Position numbers and translations under genes: made by a program. Positions 56,397-64,000 of a stretch of DNA of 64,000 nt are shown here, piece by piece. Below the pieces are notes generated by a model, which was not told the origin of the DNA, made no database searches, and saw nothing but the letters and a program-made list of their open reading frames with translations. Each line of letters starts with the position of its first letter. Within the stretch, counting starts at the first letter, position 1. Origin of the DNA: a virus; the IMG/VR virus record IMGVR_UViG_3300009151_000034, positions 1 to 64,000 of that record; one strand, written 5' to 3'.

Positions 56397-57404
56397 TTAT
56401 TTGTCAAAATAGATAATTTCACTGCCAGTTCCCACAAAATTAAAATCATAAATTTTACAACTTGGAGATTTTTTAAGGATGTTTTGAGCAAGTTTTTCTC
56501 TGTCTGAAACTGGAACATAAAAGATAAAAAACCCACCACCACCTGCGCCCAAAAGTTTACCACCAATAGCACCAGACATTATTGCCGTTTCGTAAATGCC
56601 ATCAAAATAATCATTACTAATTTCTTTGGTAACACGTTTTTTATCGTGCCATGCCATATCTAGTAAATTTCCAAAACTATCCACATCACCACGTTCGATA
56701 AAGTCAACAGCCTTTATTGCTTTGTCTCTACCATTAGCAACTAAATTAAACTTATCTTCTTGTAACATGGCTGCCTTTTGATTTTTGAGAATTTCATTAG
56801 CAGATCGGCCAACACCACTATAAACAAGTAAAAGATTTTCGTTAAGCTTTTGAATTGTCTCGGAAGTTATTTTTGGTTTGATAACAGTCACAGATTCATC
56901 GGAATGAAATTTTAAATAATTGAAACCCCCATAAGCAGCAGCATATTGGTCTTGTTTACCGATAGGATATTGGCAACGGTCAATTTCAATTTTACATGCA
57001 GCAGAAGCTAAAATTTCAGAATATTTTATTGGAGTTTTTTTACGATTTTCATTTTCATAAATCATCGTATTAATAAGACCAACGGTGAATGCAGAAGATG
57101 ATCCTAAACCAGTTCCTCTAGCAAGAACATCTGAAATTGAAGCCGTAGTGTATTTTTCACTTGTAACATATTCTTTAAATGTTTCACGAGTAATATCATG
57201 ACGCATTTTATCAATTTCGTCAACAATTTCTATGCTGTCATAAATGTTCCTGAAACCAGAATGCGGAACATTATGAGTCATTACATAAATGTATTTATCA
57301 ATCGTGGCAGAAAAAGCGGCGCCAGAAGACTTCTGATAAAAAGAAGACATATCACTACCACCACTAAAAAAACTTATCCTCAAAGGGGTCTTAGAAATAA
57401 TCAT
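56397..57404 (-). CDS. hddA: D-glycero-alpha-D-manno-heptose 7-phosphate kinase (GHMP family)
   Basis: KTPLRISFFSGGSD; GTGLGSSSA; IGKQDQYAAAYGG; GGKLLGAGGGGF. Confidence 0.88.
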   Translation of the reverse strand: MIISKTPLRISFFSGGSDMSSFYQKSSGAAFSATIDKYIYVMTHNVPHSGFRNIYDSIEIVDEIDKMRHDITRETFKEYVTSEKYTTASISDVLARGTGLGSSSAFTVGLINTMIYENENRKKTPIKYSEILASAACKIEIDRCQYPIGKQDQYAAAYGGFNYLKFHSDESVTVIKPKITSETIQKLNENLLLVYSGVGRSANEILKNQKAAMLQEDKFNLVANGRDKAIKAVDFIERGDVDSFGNLLDMAWHDKKRVTKEISNDYFDGIYETAIMSGAIGGKLLGAGGGGFFIFYVPVSDREKLAQNILKKSPSCKIYDFNFVGTGSEIIYFDK

Positions 57405-58414
57405 TACAAAGTCCTGTATATAAAAGTTTCGGTTTGTTTTTTACGACTTTCTAGTGTTGGATATTGTGCCAAAAGTTGTTTAAGCATCATTTCCCATTGA
57501 TTTTTAATACGATTTATATTATAACGAGAATCGACAAAAATTTTATTGAAATCAATCATATTTTTGTGAAGATTATTTTTATACATTTGAATTGCTGCAT
57601 CCAAGTGGTTTGTAAAAATATTTACATGAACATTATTATTTTGGCTACCATTATACATCATATTAAGACCACCTGATGTTTCTGGCAACGCACCAAAGTT
57701 TGGATGCACACAAATCAAACCAGCAGACATAGCTTCAAGCATAGCGCGACAGGAAGTTTCTAGCCAAATCGAAGGATATGCAAAAATATGAGATTTATTT
57801 AAATGTGTTTTTAAATCGATATTTGGAACAAATCCGTAATATGTAATTTGTGGATGGTTTTTACAACGATCAAAAAGTTTTTCGAATGGAGCATCAGCAG
57901 TATTCCATCCATAAATTTTGAAACTTGAAAACACATCAAGATGAATTTCTGGATGCTTCTTTGCTAATGCTTCAAAAGCAGGAACAAGAATTTCCAAACC
58001 ACGTTGAGGGGTTGATGTGTAAACTAAACGAATTTTACCATCTCCTTCAGTATACCGCAAAAATGGATCAGCGGGTTCGATACCAGATTCTAAAATGATT
58101 GATTTTTCATCATAAGGAAGCCCGTGAATGAGTTGATATCGACCATATTGCCAATTAGAAACAAATACAAATTTATGAATATCTTTAAGAAATGATGGGT
58201 CTTTGAATTTATTGGATTCTGGGTCTTCGGCCAAATCATGTGCCCAAAAAATTCTAATCTTGTCTTGTTCTAATGTTCTTGGTCTAGAACAAATAATTTG
58301 AAAGTTATCAAGTAGTTCTGGGTCCAGCATTGTTGTTAGTTTGCGTTTTGCAATTTCAGTCCCACCGAATGCATTTTGAGAAATTTCGTTCTCTTCAAAA
58401 CCTGCCATAATCAA
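57404..58414 (-). CDS. GT-B fold glycosyltransferase (GT4-like)
   Basis: GGTE; WAHD; YTSTPQRGL; YPSIWLETSCRAMLEAMSAG...GALPET (E-x7-E motif). Confidence 0.88.
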   Translation of the reverse strand: MIMAGFEENEISQNAFGGTEIAKRKLTTMLDPELLDNFQIICSRPRTLEQDKIRIFWAHDLAEDPESNKFKDPSFLKDIHKFVFVSNWQYGRYQLIHGLPYDEKSIILESGIEPADPFLRYTEGDGKIRLVYTSTPQRGLEILVPAFEALAKKHPEIHLDVFSSFKIYGWNTADAPFEKLFDRCKNHPQITYYGFVPNIDLKTHLNKSHIFAYPSIWLETSCRAMLEAMSAGLICVHPNFGALPETSGGLNMMYNGSQNNNVHVNIFTNHLDAAIQMYKNNLHKNMIDFNKIFVDSRYNINRIKNQWEMMLKQLLAQYPTLESRKKQTETFIYRTL

Positions 58415-58422
58415 AACAATCC

Positions 58423-59145
58423 TTATAGAGTATAATTTGATTTTTGTGCATCATTAAAGAACATGCACACAGTTTCATAAGAATAATCATAAAGAGGCTT
58501 TCCGATTATAGAAAGTTTCTTGATGATATCTGGGGTCATCGTAATAATATCACATCCCACATTTTGAGCCTGAACAAAATTATATACTTCTCTGGTTGAA
58601 GCCCAAAGAAATTCTACATTTTTATCAGCGGGAGTTTTCGTATTAATACAATATTTAACTGAATATTCTGGATCAACACCAGCATCAGCAATTCGACCAG
58701 CAAAAATTGAGATAATAGAAGGTGTATTTGTATCAAGATGATCTAGAATCGAAGAAGTTTGAAGTGCAGTAAAAACAGCAGTAACATTGCAACGAATTCC
58801 TTTTTTGCTGATTTTATTAATCAAATCATATGTAGGAACTCGCTTAGTATTCATCACAGGAATTTTAACATAAATTGGATAACCAAATCTTGTTTCCAAA
58901 CCAGCAAGAATTTCAGCCTGTCGAATGATTTCATCATCTTCATCAGCGAATACTTCAAGACTGATGTTTGTATCAGGCCGAATTTCTTTTAGCTTTGGAA
59001 TAATTCTTTCGCAAAAATCCATGTAATTTGTAATACCAGCCGATCTCATAAGAGAAGGATTGGTGGTAAATCCTTTCACTATCGGATTGGCTGCTGCATT
59101 TAAAATTCCATCATAATCTGCACCATCAGCAAAAATTTTAGTCAT
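58423..59145 (-). CDS. tal: Transaldolase (TalC/FSA-type)
   Basis: IFADGA; GFTTNPSL; YVKIP Schiff-base Lys; NVTAVF; SIFAGRIADAG; LWASTRE. Confidence 0.92.
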   Translation of the reverse strand: MTKIFADGADYDGILNAAANPIVKGFTTNPSLMRSAGITNYMDFCERIIPKLKEIRPDTNISLEVFADEDDEIIRQAEILAGLETRFGYPIYVKIPVMNTKRVPTYDLINKISKKGIRCNVTAVFTALQTSSILDHLDTNTPSIISIFAGRIADAGVDPEYSVKYCINTKTPADKNVEFLWASTREVYNFVQAQNVGCDIITMTPDIIKKLSIIGKPLYDYSYETVCMFFNDAQKSNYTL

Positions 59146-59671
59146 TATTTAATTCCTTTATTAGATTCACGGCAGTTAAAATATCTTGCGCGAAAAATGT
59201 TGGTTGAACGTGTTTATATTCATCTGGAGAATAATATTCTTTGCCAATGAAAATAGTGGAAAGATTACTTTTGGCACCACAAACTATATCTTTCCATCTA
59301 TCGCCAATCATATAACTTACACTTGGATGTATATCATAATCTTCAATTAAAGTCAATACCATTCCGTTATTTGGTTTGTAGTTAAAAGATTTTCGATCTA
59401 ATGCACAAATGATATCATCTACGCCCATATCTAAAATTATCTTAGTCATAATTTCGAGCGTTTCATAATTCATTTTTCCATCAAGATGATCTGGTTGATT
59501 GGTAACTACAAATACCATATACCCCATTTTCTTTAGGGTGTCAATCGATTCTTCAGCGTAAGGAAGAATTTCAAATTCTTCAAGAGACCAGGGTGCTGTA
59601 GAAATTCCGGTTTTTCTTGGGACTAACTTATTTATAACACCGTCACGATCAAGAAAAACTGCTTTTACCAT
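59138..59671 (-). CDS. gmhB: D,D-heptose 1,7-bisphosphate phosphatase (HAD IIIA)
   Basis: AVFLDRDGVIN; VVTNQPD; KPNNGM; SYMIGDRWKDI. Confidence 0.88.
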   Translation of the reverse strand: MVKAVFLDRDGVINKLVPRKTGISTAPWSLEEFEILPYAEESIDTLKKMGYMVFVVTNQPDHLDGKMNYETLEIMTKIILDMGVDDIICALDRKSFNYKPNNGMVLTLIEDYDIHPSVSYMIGDRWKDIVCGAKSNLSTIFIGKEYYSPDEYKHVQPTFFAQDILTAVNLIKELNND

Positions 59672-60249
59672 TTTGTCTTCATAATTTGAAGATCAGGATG
59701 AGAAACCACACAATGCCAAACTACTGCTTGGAATGCTTCACTATGTGGTGTAACTCGGGAAGAATTTGGCATAGGGACGACAATAGCAACATCACTGTTT
59801 TGTGCCGCATAACCATCAAATTTTCCTACGATGGATAGAATAGCAGAACCCATTTCTTTAGCATGTTCTATGGCCTTAATCAAATTTACAGAAACATTTT
59901 TTTCTTTGTTCCCACCACCAACCGAAAGAATAATGATGGTATCTTCAACTTCTAGTTTTGATACTTTAAGCCATTCAACAAATATAGATTCAAAACCATC
60001 ATCGTTCGCTCTAGCCGTAAGTTCCGAAACATTATCCGTTGGAGCATAAGTTTCTATACCGCATAACTTACGAAGATCATTGACCATATGACTAGCATTT
60101 GCAGCAGAGCCACCAATACCAAGAACGAAAACTCGGTTGCCATTTTTTTGAGCCACGCGAAGATAATTAACAAATTCTTGGATATCATTTTTGTTAATTT
60201 GTTTAGCGATTTCAATTACTTCTTCTAAGTATGTTGAGATGTGTTGCAT
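59665..60249 (-). CDS. gmhA: Phosphoheptose (sedoheptulose-7-P) isomerase, SIS domain
   Basis: GIGGSAANASHMVNDL; LTARANDDGFESIF; SVGGG; TPHSEAFQ. Confidence 0.85.
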   Translation of the reverse strand: MQHISTYLEEVIEIAKQINKNDIQEFVNYLRVAQKNGNRVFVLGIGGSAANASHMVNDLRKLCGIETYAPTDNVSELTARANDDGFESIFVEWLKVSKLEVEDTIIILSVGGGNKEKNVSVNLIKAIEHAKEMGSAILSIVGKFDGYAAQNSDVAIVVPMPNSSRVTPHSEAFQAVVWHCVVSHPDLQIMKTKW

Positions 60250-60647
60250 AATCTATTCCTTAATTCAGTGCTGCTATATGAATGCAGACGGTCAATATAA
60301 ATGATTTTGATACCAAGTTCTTGGCAAATATCTTCACCAGTTACTTGCGTTCCTTTATATTCACTGCCCAAGTAACGAGTATCAATTTTTGTTGTAGCTA
60401 AAATATTTTCCAAATCACGTTCAGTGTCATATGGAATGATTCGGTCAATGTAATGACATGCATTCAACTGAACATAACGTTCGAATGTAGTTTGCATTGG
60501 TTTGTTTTTTGTTTCGGGGCGGTCAATCGTTGGATCAGTGTGAAGACCTGTAATCAAATAATCACAGGTCTGTTTGCACCTTTGCAACAAAATAACATGC
60601 CCAGGATGAAATAAATCAAAAGCCCCGCATGTAAATCCAATAATCAT
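60225..60647 (-). CDS. Cytidylyltransferase-family nucleotidyltransferase (TagD/HldC-like)
   Basis: GAFDLFHPGH (HxGH); ITGLHTDP; ERY; GSEY; YSSTELR. Confidence 0.88.
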   Translation of the reverse strand: MIIGFTCGAFDLFHPGHVILLQRCKQTCDYLITGLHTDPTIDRPETKNKPMQTTFERYVQLNACHYIDRIIPYDTERDLENILATTKIDTRYLGSEYKGTQVTGEDICQELGIKIIYIDRLHSYSSTELRNRLCNTSQHT

Positions 60648-60664
60648 TTATTATCTCAATACGT

Positions 60665-61054
60665 TCATGTTTCTGGAACCTCTAAAGTTGCCTGACGCGG
60701 AATGAACGCTTGCCGAATTGTCTTAGGACCAAAATATTGTGCCACCAGATGTTCAACAACAGCAGGATTAAATGGCTTGCATGAAAATACGTCAAGATAC
60801 ATTTGATCCAATTCGTTTACGAAATGGCAGCAAATATTGCTAGTCTCGATAAGTTGAACAAGCGTATAACCTGCCTTATTACCATCACCAAAATTAACAA
60901 TCTGTGGCTCACCATACGCAACCATGTCAATGTCTTTAACTAGTTGCTTAGCAAAGTTGTAGATATTATCATAATCTGTGATTGAATTATGATTACATCC
61001 AGCACAATCCATGATGCTATGGTATCCCCAATATTCAGTTTGTTCATCATTCAT
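60665..61054 (-). CDS. speD: Pyruvoyl-dependent decarboxylase, SpeD/AdoMetDC family
   Basis: WGYHSIMD; GYTLVQLIETSNICCHF; YLDVFSCKPF. Confidence 0.85.
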   Translation of the reverse strand: MNDEQTEYWGYHSIMDCAGCNHNSITDYDNIYNFAKQLVKDIDMVAYGEPQIVNFGDGNKAGYTLVQLIETSNICCHFVNELDQMYLDVFSCKPFNPAVVEHLVAQYFGPKTIRQAFIPRQATLEVPET

Positions 61055-61069
61055 ATCATATTCTCCTTT

Positions 61070-61738
61070 TTATTCTGGAATAAAAACTGTGTCAAGTCGA
61101 GTTATTTGTTTGTAACTTTTATAACCAATTGATTTCATTAGTTCTTTAACTTCTTTAACTTTTTTGTAGTCACATTCTAATATAATCATTGGCTTATGTT
61201 TTTCGATGGTTTTTACTGCTCCTTTAATTGCTTTTGGTTCATATCCCTCAAGATCAAATTGAATAAGTTTGACATTTTGGAATGAAAAACTATCCAAAGG
61301 AACAACCGGGATAGTCTGTTCAAAAACATCACCCTCAAAAATTTCAATTTGATTCATGCCACAATTTCCAGGAACTATTGCATTGATTGTTCCTATATTA
61401 TGGGTTTCTCCAAGACCACAATTAAATTTGATGATTCCTGGAATTTGACAATTATTTACCAAACAAAAAAAACTAAGAGGGTCTGGTTCAAAAGTATATA
61501 CATTTTTAAAAAAACTAGTATATAAAAGTGGATACATACCACAATTACCACCAGCCTGAATTACTACTCCATCTTTAATAGGAAATTCTTCACGTAAAAA
61601 TGGTTCGATTTGATGTAACCAATCTGAAGCAATGATACCAAATGTATCAGTATCATCCTTTGGCCACACCCAATGTGTAATATTATGAATTGGTGCATTT
61701 AATATTACACATTGATTGGATAAATTATTGATATTCAT
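61070..61738 (-). CDS. FkbM-family SAM-dependent methyltransferase
   Basis: QAGGNCGMYP; VYTFEPD; LDSF...LIQFDLEGYE...GAVKTIEKHKP. Confidence 0.88.
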   Translation of the reverse strand: MNINNLSNQCVILNAPIHNITHWVWPKDDTDTFGIIASDWLHQIEPFLREEFPIKDGVVIQAGGNCGMYPLLYTSFFKNVYTFEPDPLSFFCLVNNCQIPGIIKFNCGLGETHNIGTINAIVPGNCGMNQIEIFEGDVFEQTIPVVPLDSFSFQNVKLIQFDLEGYEPKAIKGAVKTIEKHKPMIILECDYKKVKEVKELMKSIGYKSYKQITRLDTVFIPE

Positions 61739-62013
61739 CAGTATCTATCCGTCACATCTTCGCAATATTCAACTAACTTAATATCAAATGACAACCATTT
61801 GTTATTAGTGATATCCCAACAACGAACCGTGTCTGGATTTTGTTGGTGAAACGCCATTTCTCCTGCACGTTCTTCCATGTATTTTACAGGAAGAAGATTT
61901 GGTTTCATAGTTAGGCGAAATGTTTGTGGTTGATTATTATCATCTCGAAGAGTCATCGACATAACATATTTTCGCAAGTCTTCAAGAATTTGATCTCTTT
62001 TATAAAGCATCAA
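61738..62013 (-). CDS. Hypothetical protein (possible WYL-like/SH3 fold)
   Basis: TMKPNLLP...CWDITNNKWLSF pattern; the fold is a guess. Confidence 0.55.
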   Translation of the reverse strand: MMLYKRDQILEDLRKYVMSMTLRDDNNQPQTFRLTMKPNLLPVKYMEERAGEMAFHQQNPDTVRCWDITNNKWLSFDIKLVEYCEDVTDRY

Positions 62014-62283
62014 TTAATTTCCTTCGACAAGAAGTTTTTGAGACGTTTGTAGTTGCTCATTAAGTGCAACAGCATTCGCAAATTCAGTATATCCGCCAAT
62101 CATGAATCCGTCAACTACTACTACAGGATAAGTCAAAGCAGTTGGAAATTTTTCTTTGAGACCTTCCCGAGTGAAATCCTCGTTTAAACGATTTTCGGTA
62201 TAAGAAAGTTTCTTGCGTTCTAAAAATTCTTTTAGATTCGTGCAAAAATCGCAATTGGTTTTGGTATAAATTTCGATATGCAT
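62014..62283 (-). CDS. Glutaredoxin
   Basis: IYTKTNCDFC; TYPVVVVDG..IGGYTEF. Confidence 0.9.
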   Translation of the reverse strand: MHIEIYTKTNCDFCTNLKEFLERKKLSYTENRLNEDFTREGLKEKFPTALTYPVVVVDGFMIGGYTEFANAVALNEQLQTSQKLLVEGN

Positions 62284-62900
62284 TAAACGATTGCCTCGGA
62301 AACGACCATACCAACAACTACATACATGGATTCGGCAGTATTAAGGCTCGAAAAATAACTACGATATTTATTCATCGCCTCATCAGTATTATTTGCCCAG
62401 ACAATACGAGTTTGTTGTGCAGTTACTGGTTGAATATTTGGGCGCAAAGGAACAAAATTTACTGTCCCATCAATTAGAAAAATATTTTGCTCTGGACGTT
62501 GTTGGGGTTGCTGCATATTTCCAGAAACAACTGCACCGAATCCATTTGCCTGATGTTCTGCAAGCAAACGTTGTGCTTCGGCAGCAATTTTTGCTTGAAT
62601 ATACCCAGGCTTTGGACCCTTGCGTTTAAGTTCTTGCTGTTCCTGTTGTGGTTGTTGTGGTTGGGTTGATGCACCAATATTTCTTAGGGGTGCGTTTAGT
62701 TCGTGGCGAATCAGTGCATCAGATTGTTCTGCAAGCGCAGTAAGGTCAAAGCCCTCATAAACGGGACCATTTTTTGTTTCACTCATTTTATTTCTCCATT
62801 TTGTGTATAATTTTGCAGGCTTCTTCCACCACTTTTCTGCTAATGGTGGCGGTGGAATCGGCTCTGGTTTAGGTTCGTCCGGTTGTCCTAGCCAACCCAT
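62283..62900 (-). CDS. Hypothetical protein (second in-frame start at 62786)
   Basis: GGAG RBS before both ATG 62900 and ATG 62786. Confidence 0.6.
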   Translation of the reverse strand: MGWLGQPDEPKPEPIPPPPLAEKWWKKPAKLYTKWRNKMSETKNGPVYEGFDLTALAEQSDALIRHELNAPLRNIGASTQPQQPQQEQQELKRKGPKPGYIQAKIAAEAQRLLAEHQANGFGAVVSGNMQQPQQRPEQNIFLIDGTVNFVPLRPNIQPVTAQQTRIVWANNTDEAMNKYRSYFSSLNTAESMYVVVGMVVSEAIV

Positions 62901-62909
62901 ATGCCTCTC

Positions 62910-63293
62910 CTATTTTAAAATTTCAACTTTCAGTTTTGTTACGCCCGTAGTATACATGCCTAGACGATGAGCGCAACCCAAAGTTACATCTAATCCTCTA
63001 CCACGTATAAATGGCCCTCTATCATTGACAGTCACAATGATCGATTTTTTTGTTTCTAAATTGGTAAGACGCAGTTTAGTGCCAAAAGGAAGTGTTCTAT
63101 GGGCAACCGTTAATCCCCAAGGATTAAAACGTTCGCCATTGGCCGTTACCTTACCGTGCTTATACCATGATGCTATCGTGTTGTATGTTTTGATAACAGT
63201 GTGGTATTCGTGAACCTCCGTAGAATGAGCATTGTTAGCCATGAAAAAAATCAAAATACTCAAACTGAGAAGGGCGAATATACGCTTTCTCAA
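62910..63293 (-). CDS. RlpA-like (DPBB) lytic transglycosylase with a signal peptide
   Basis: ASWY...TANGERFN...AHRTLPFGT...VTVNDRGPFIRGRGLD. Confidence 0.9.
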   Translation of the reverse strand: MRKRIFALLSLSILIFFMANNAHSTEVHEYHTVIKTYNTIASWYKHGKVTANGERFNPWGLTVAHRTLPFGTKLRLTNLETKKSIIVTVNDRGPFIRGRGLDVTLGCAHRLGMYTTGVTKLKVEILK

Positions 63294-63324
63294 ATTTGAT
63301 ACTCCTGTTTTGTGGATATAATTT

Positions 63325-63792
63325 TTACGCTGCCATCAATTCCTTAAGCCGATCAGCACATACTGAGGCGGCAAAAGCATAAGGTTTAACAATCGGGTCT
63401 TTATCACAAGTTCCTCTTATATATCCTATTGCTTGTTGTATGATGCAGGAAGAACCATACTTCTCTTGAGGATTAATGTCAAGATGAATTTCGCAATGCC
63501 GGTTCCCAATTATATCAGCAATTTTACTATATAGCCCTTGCGCCTTATAAACTTCATTCATAAGACGAATTGCTGGTTTTCCAACTTTTTGGTCATAATC
63601 TCTTTCTCTGGTAATTTCACCAAAGATTTTACAGCCATTGTTGCCGTTAATATGGACCACAACAACAACAGCATAATCTGCATACCAAAGACCGTTTTTC
63701 TTTAATCGTTCTGAATCTGAACCGATATAAATTTTAGAATCTTCTGATGTAGTATTTATATATGTTGTAAGATCGTTGAGGTCCATATTCAT
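63325..63792 (-). CDS. RNase H-like YkuK/DUF458 family protein
   Basis: KIYIGSDS...VVVH...RLMNEV...EIHLDIN...S...KPYAFAAS..AD. Confidence 0.85.
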   Translation of the reverse strand: MNMDLNDLTTYINTTSEDSKIYIGSDSERLKKNGLWYADYAVVVVVHINGNNGCKIFGEITRERDYDQKVGKPAIRLMNEVYKAQGLYSKIADIIGNRHCEIHLDINPQEKYGSSCIIQQAIGYIRGTCDKDPIVKPYAFAASVCADRLKELMAA

Positions 63793-63793
63793 G

Positions 63794-63883
63794 TTATTTT
63801 TTCCTATTATTTTTCGCTTTGCGTTTTGCGCTACCGATCTTACGCCGCCCTTTTCGTGGACGATTTTTTGCTGGCCAGGGCAT
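63794..63883 (-). CDS. Tiny, highly basic protein (29 aa)
   Basis: Not in track: MPWPAKNRPRKGRRKIGSAKRKAKNNRKK; AAGGAG RBS. Confidence 0.6.
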   Translation of the reverse strand: MPWPAKNRPRKGRRKIGSAKRKAKNNRKK

Positions 63884-64000
63884 TAGATTTCTCCTTTATG
63901 TTGCAATGTGATCTATGGACTTTTACCATGATCCATTCATTATAAAAATCATCACGTTCTAGCACTTTTTCTGTAAATTGTAATCTAGCTTCGTGATAAT
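63840..64000 (-). CDS. 3' end of a probable GIY-YIG-like protein (starts outside the window)
   Basis: ...YHEARLQFTEKVLERDDFYNEWIMVKVHRSH..., an E-x-Q-F / YN-W-I pattern seen in Seg-like proteins of T4-like phages. Confidence 0.5.
   Translation of the reverse strand, partial: YHEARLQFTEKVLERDDFYNEWIMVKVHRSHCNIKEKSNALASKKSSTKRAA

Noticed and set aside
1-64000. Stop-codon reassignment
   Set aside because: Genes are long and densely packed under the standard code, TAG and TGA end conserved genes at expected positions, and no suppressor tRNA is seen.

Overview
A 64-kb segment of a large, AT-rich, T4-like myophage; no host genes are evident. (1) 1-33.2 kb, minus strand: late structural block of tail-fibre/adhesin genes, three LamG-like lectin paralogues, a two-gene VrlC/DUF4815-like protein, and baseplate gp8, gp7-like, gp6, gp25, PAAR, a split gp5, a hub protein, gp53 and gp48. 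(2) 33.3-41.05 kb, plus strand: gp4, gp2, gp54-like, gp26 and gp51 (joined by an apparent -1 slippery site), a holin-like gene, and two paralogous tape-measure-like proteins carrying different cell-wall hydrolase domains. (3) 41.1-47 kb: gp32, gp59, gp33, hypotheticals and three tRNAs, including tRNA-Ile(UAU) with a long variable arm. (4) 47.2-53.4 kb: a GIY-YIG-type endonuclease, then a GC-richer early region of small ORFs, most with their own sigma70-type promoter and a related leader, and an AAA+ ATPase. (5) 53.4-64 kb, minus strand: phoH, FmdB-like, a split RNase H, and a tightly coupled operon for an apparently complete nucleotide-heptose pathway (nucleotidyltransferase, GmhA, GmhB, transaldolase, GT4 glycosyltransferase, HddA), preceded by SpeD-like and FkbM genes. 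The heptose operon is the strongest candidate for an undescribed system. All protein calls come from motif recognition and synteny by eye; no database searches were run.
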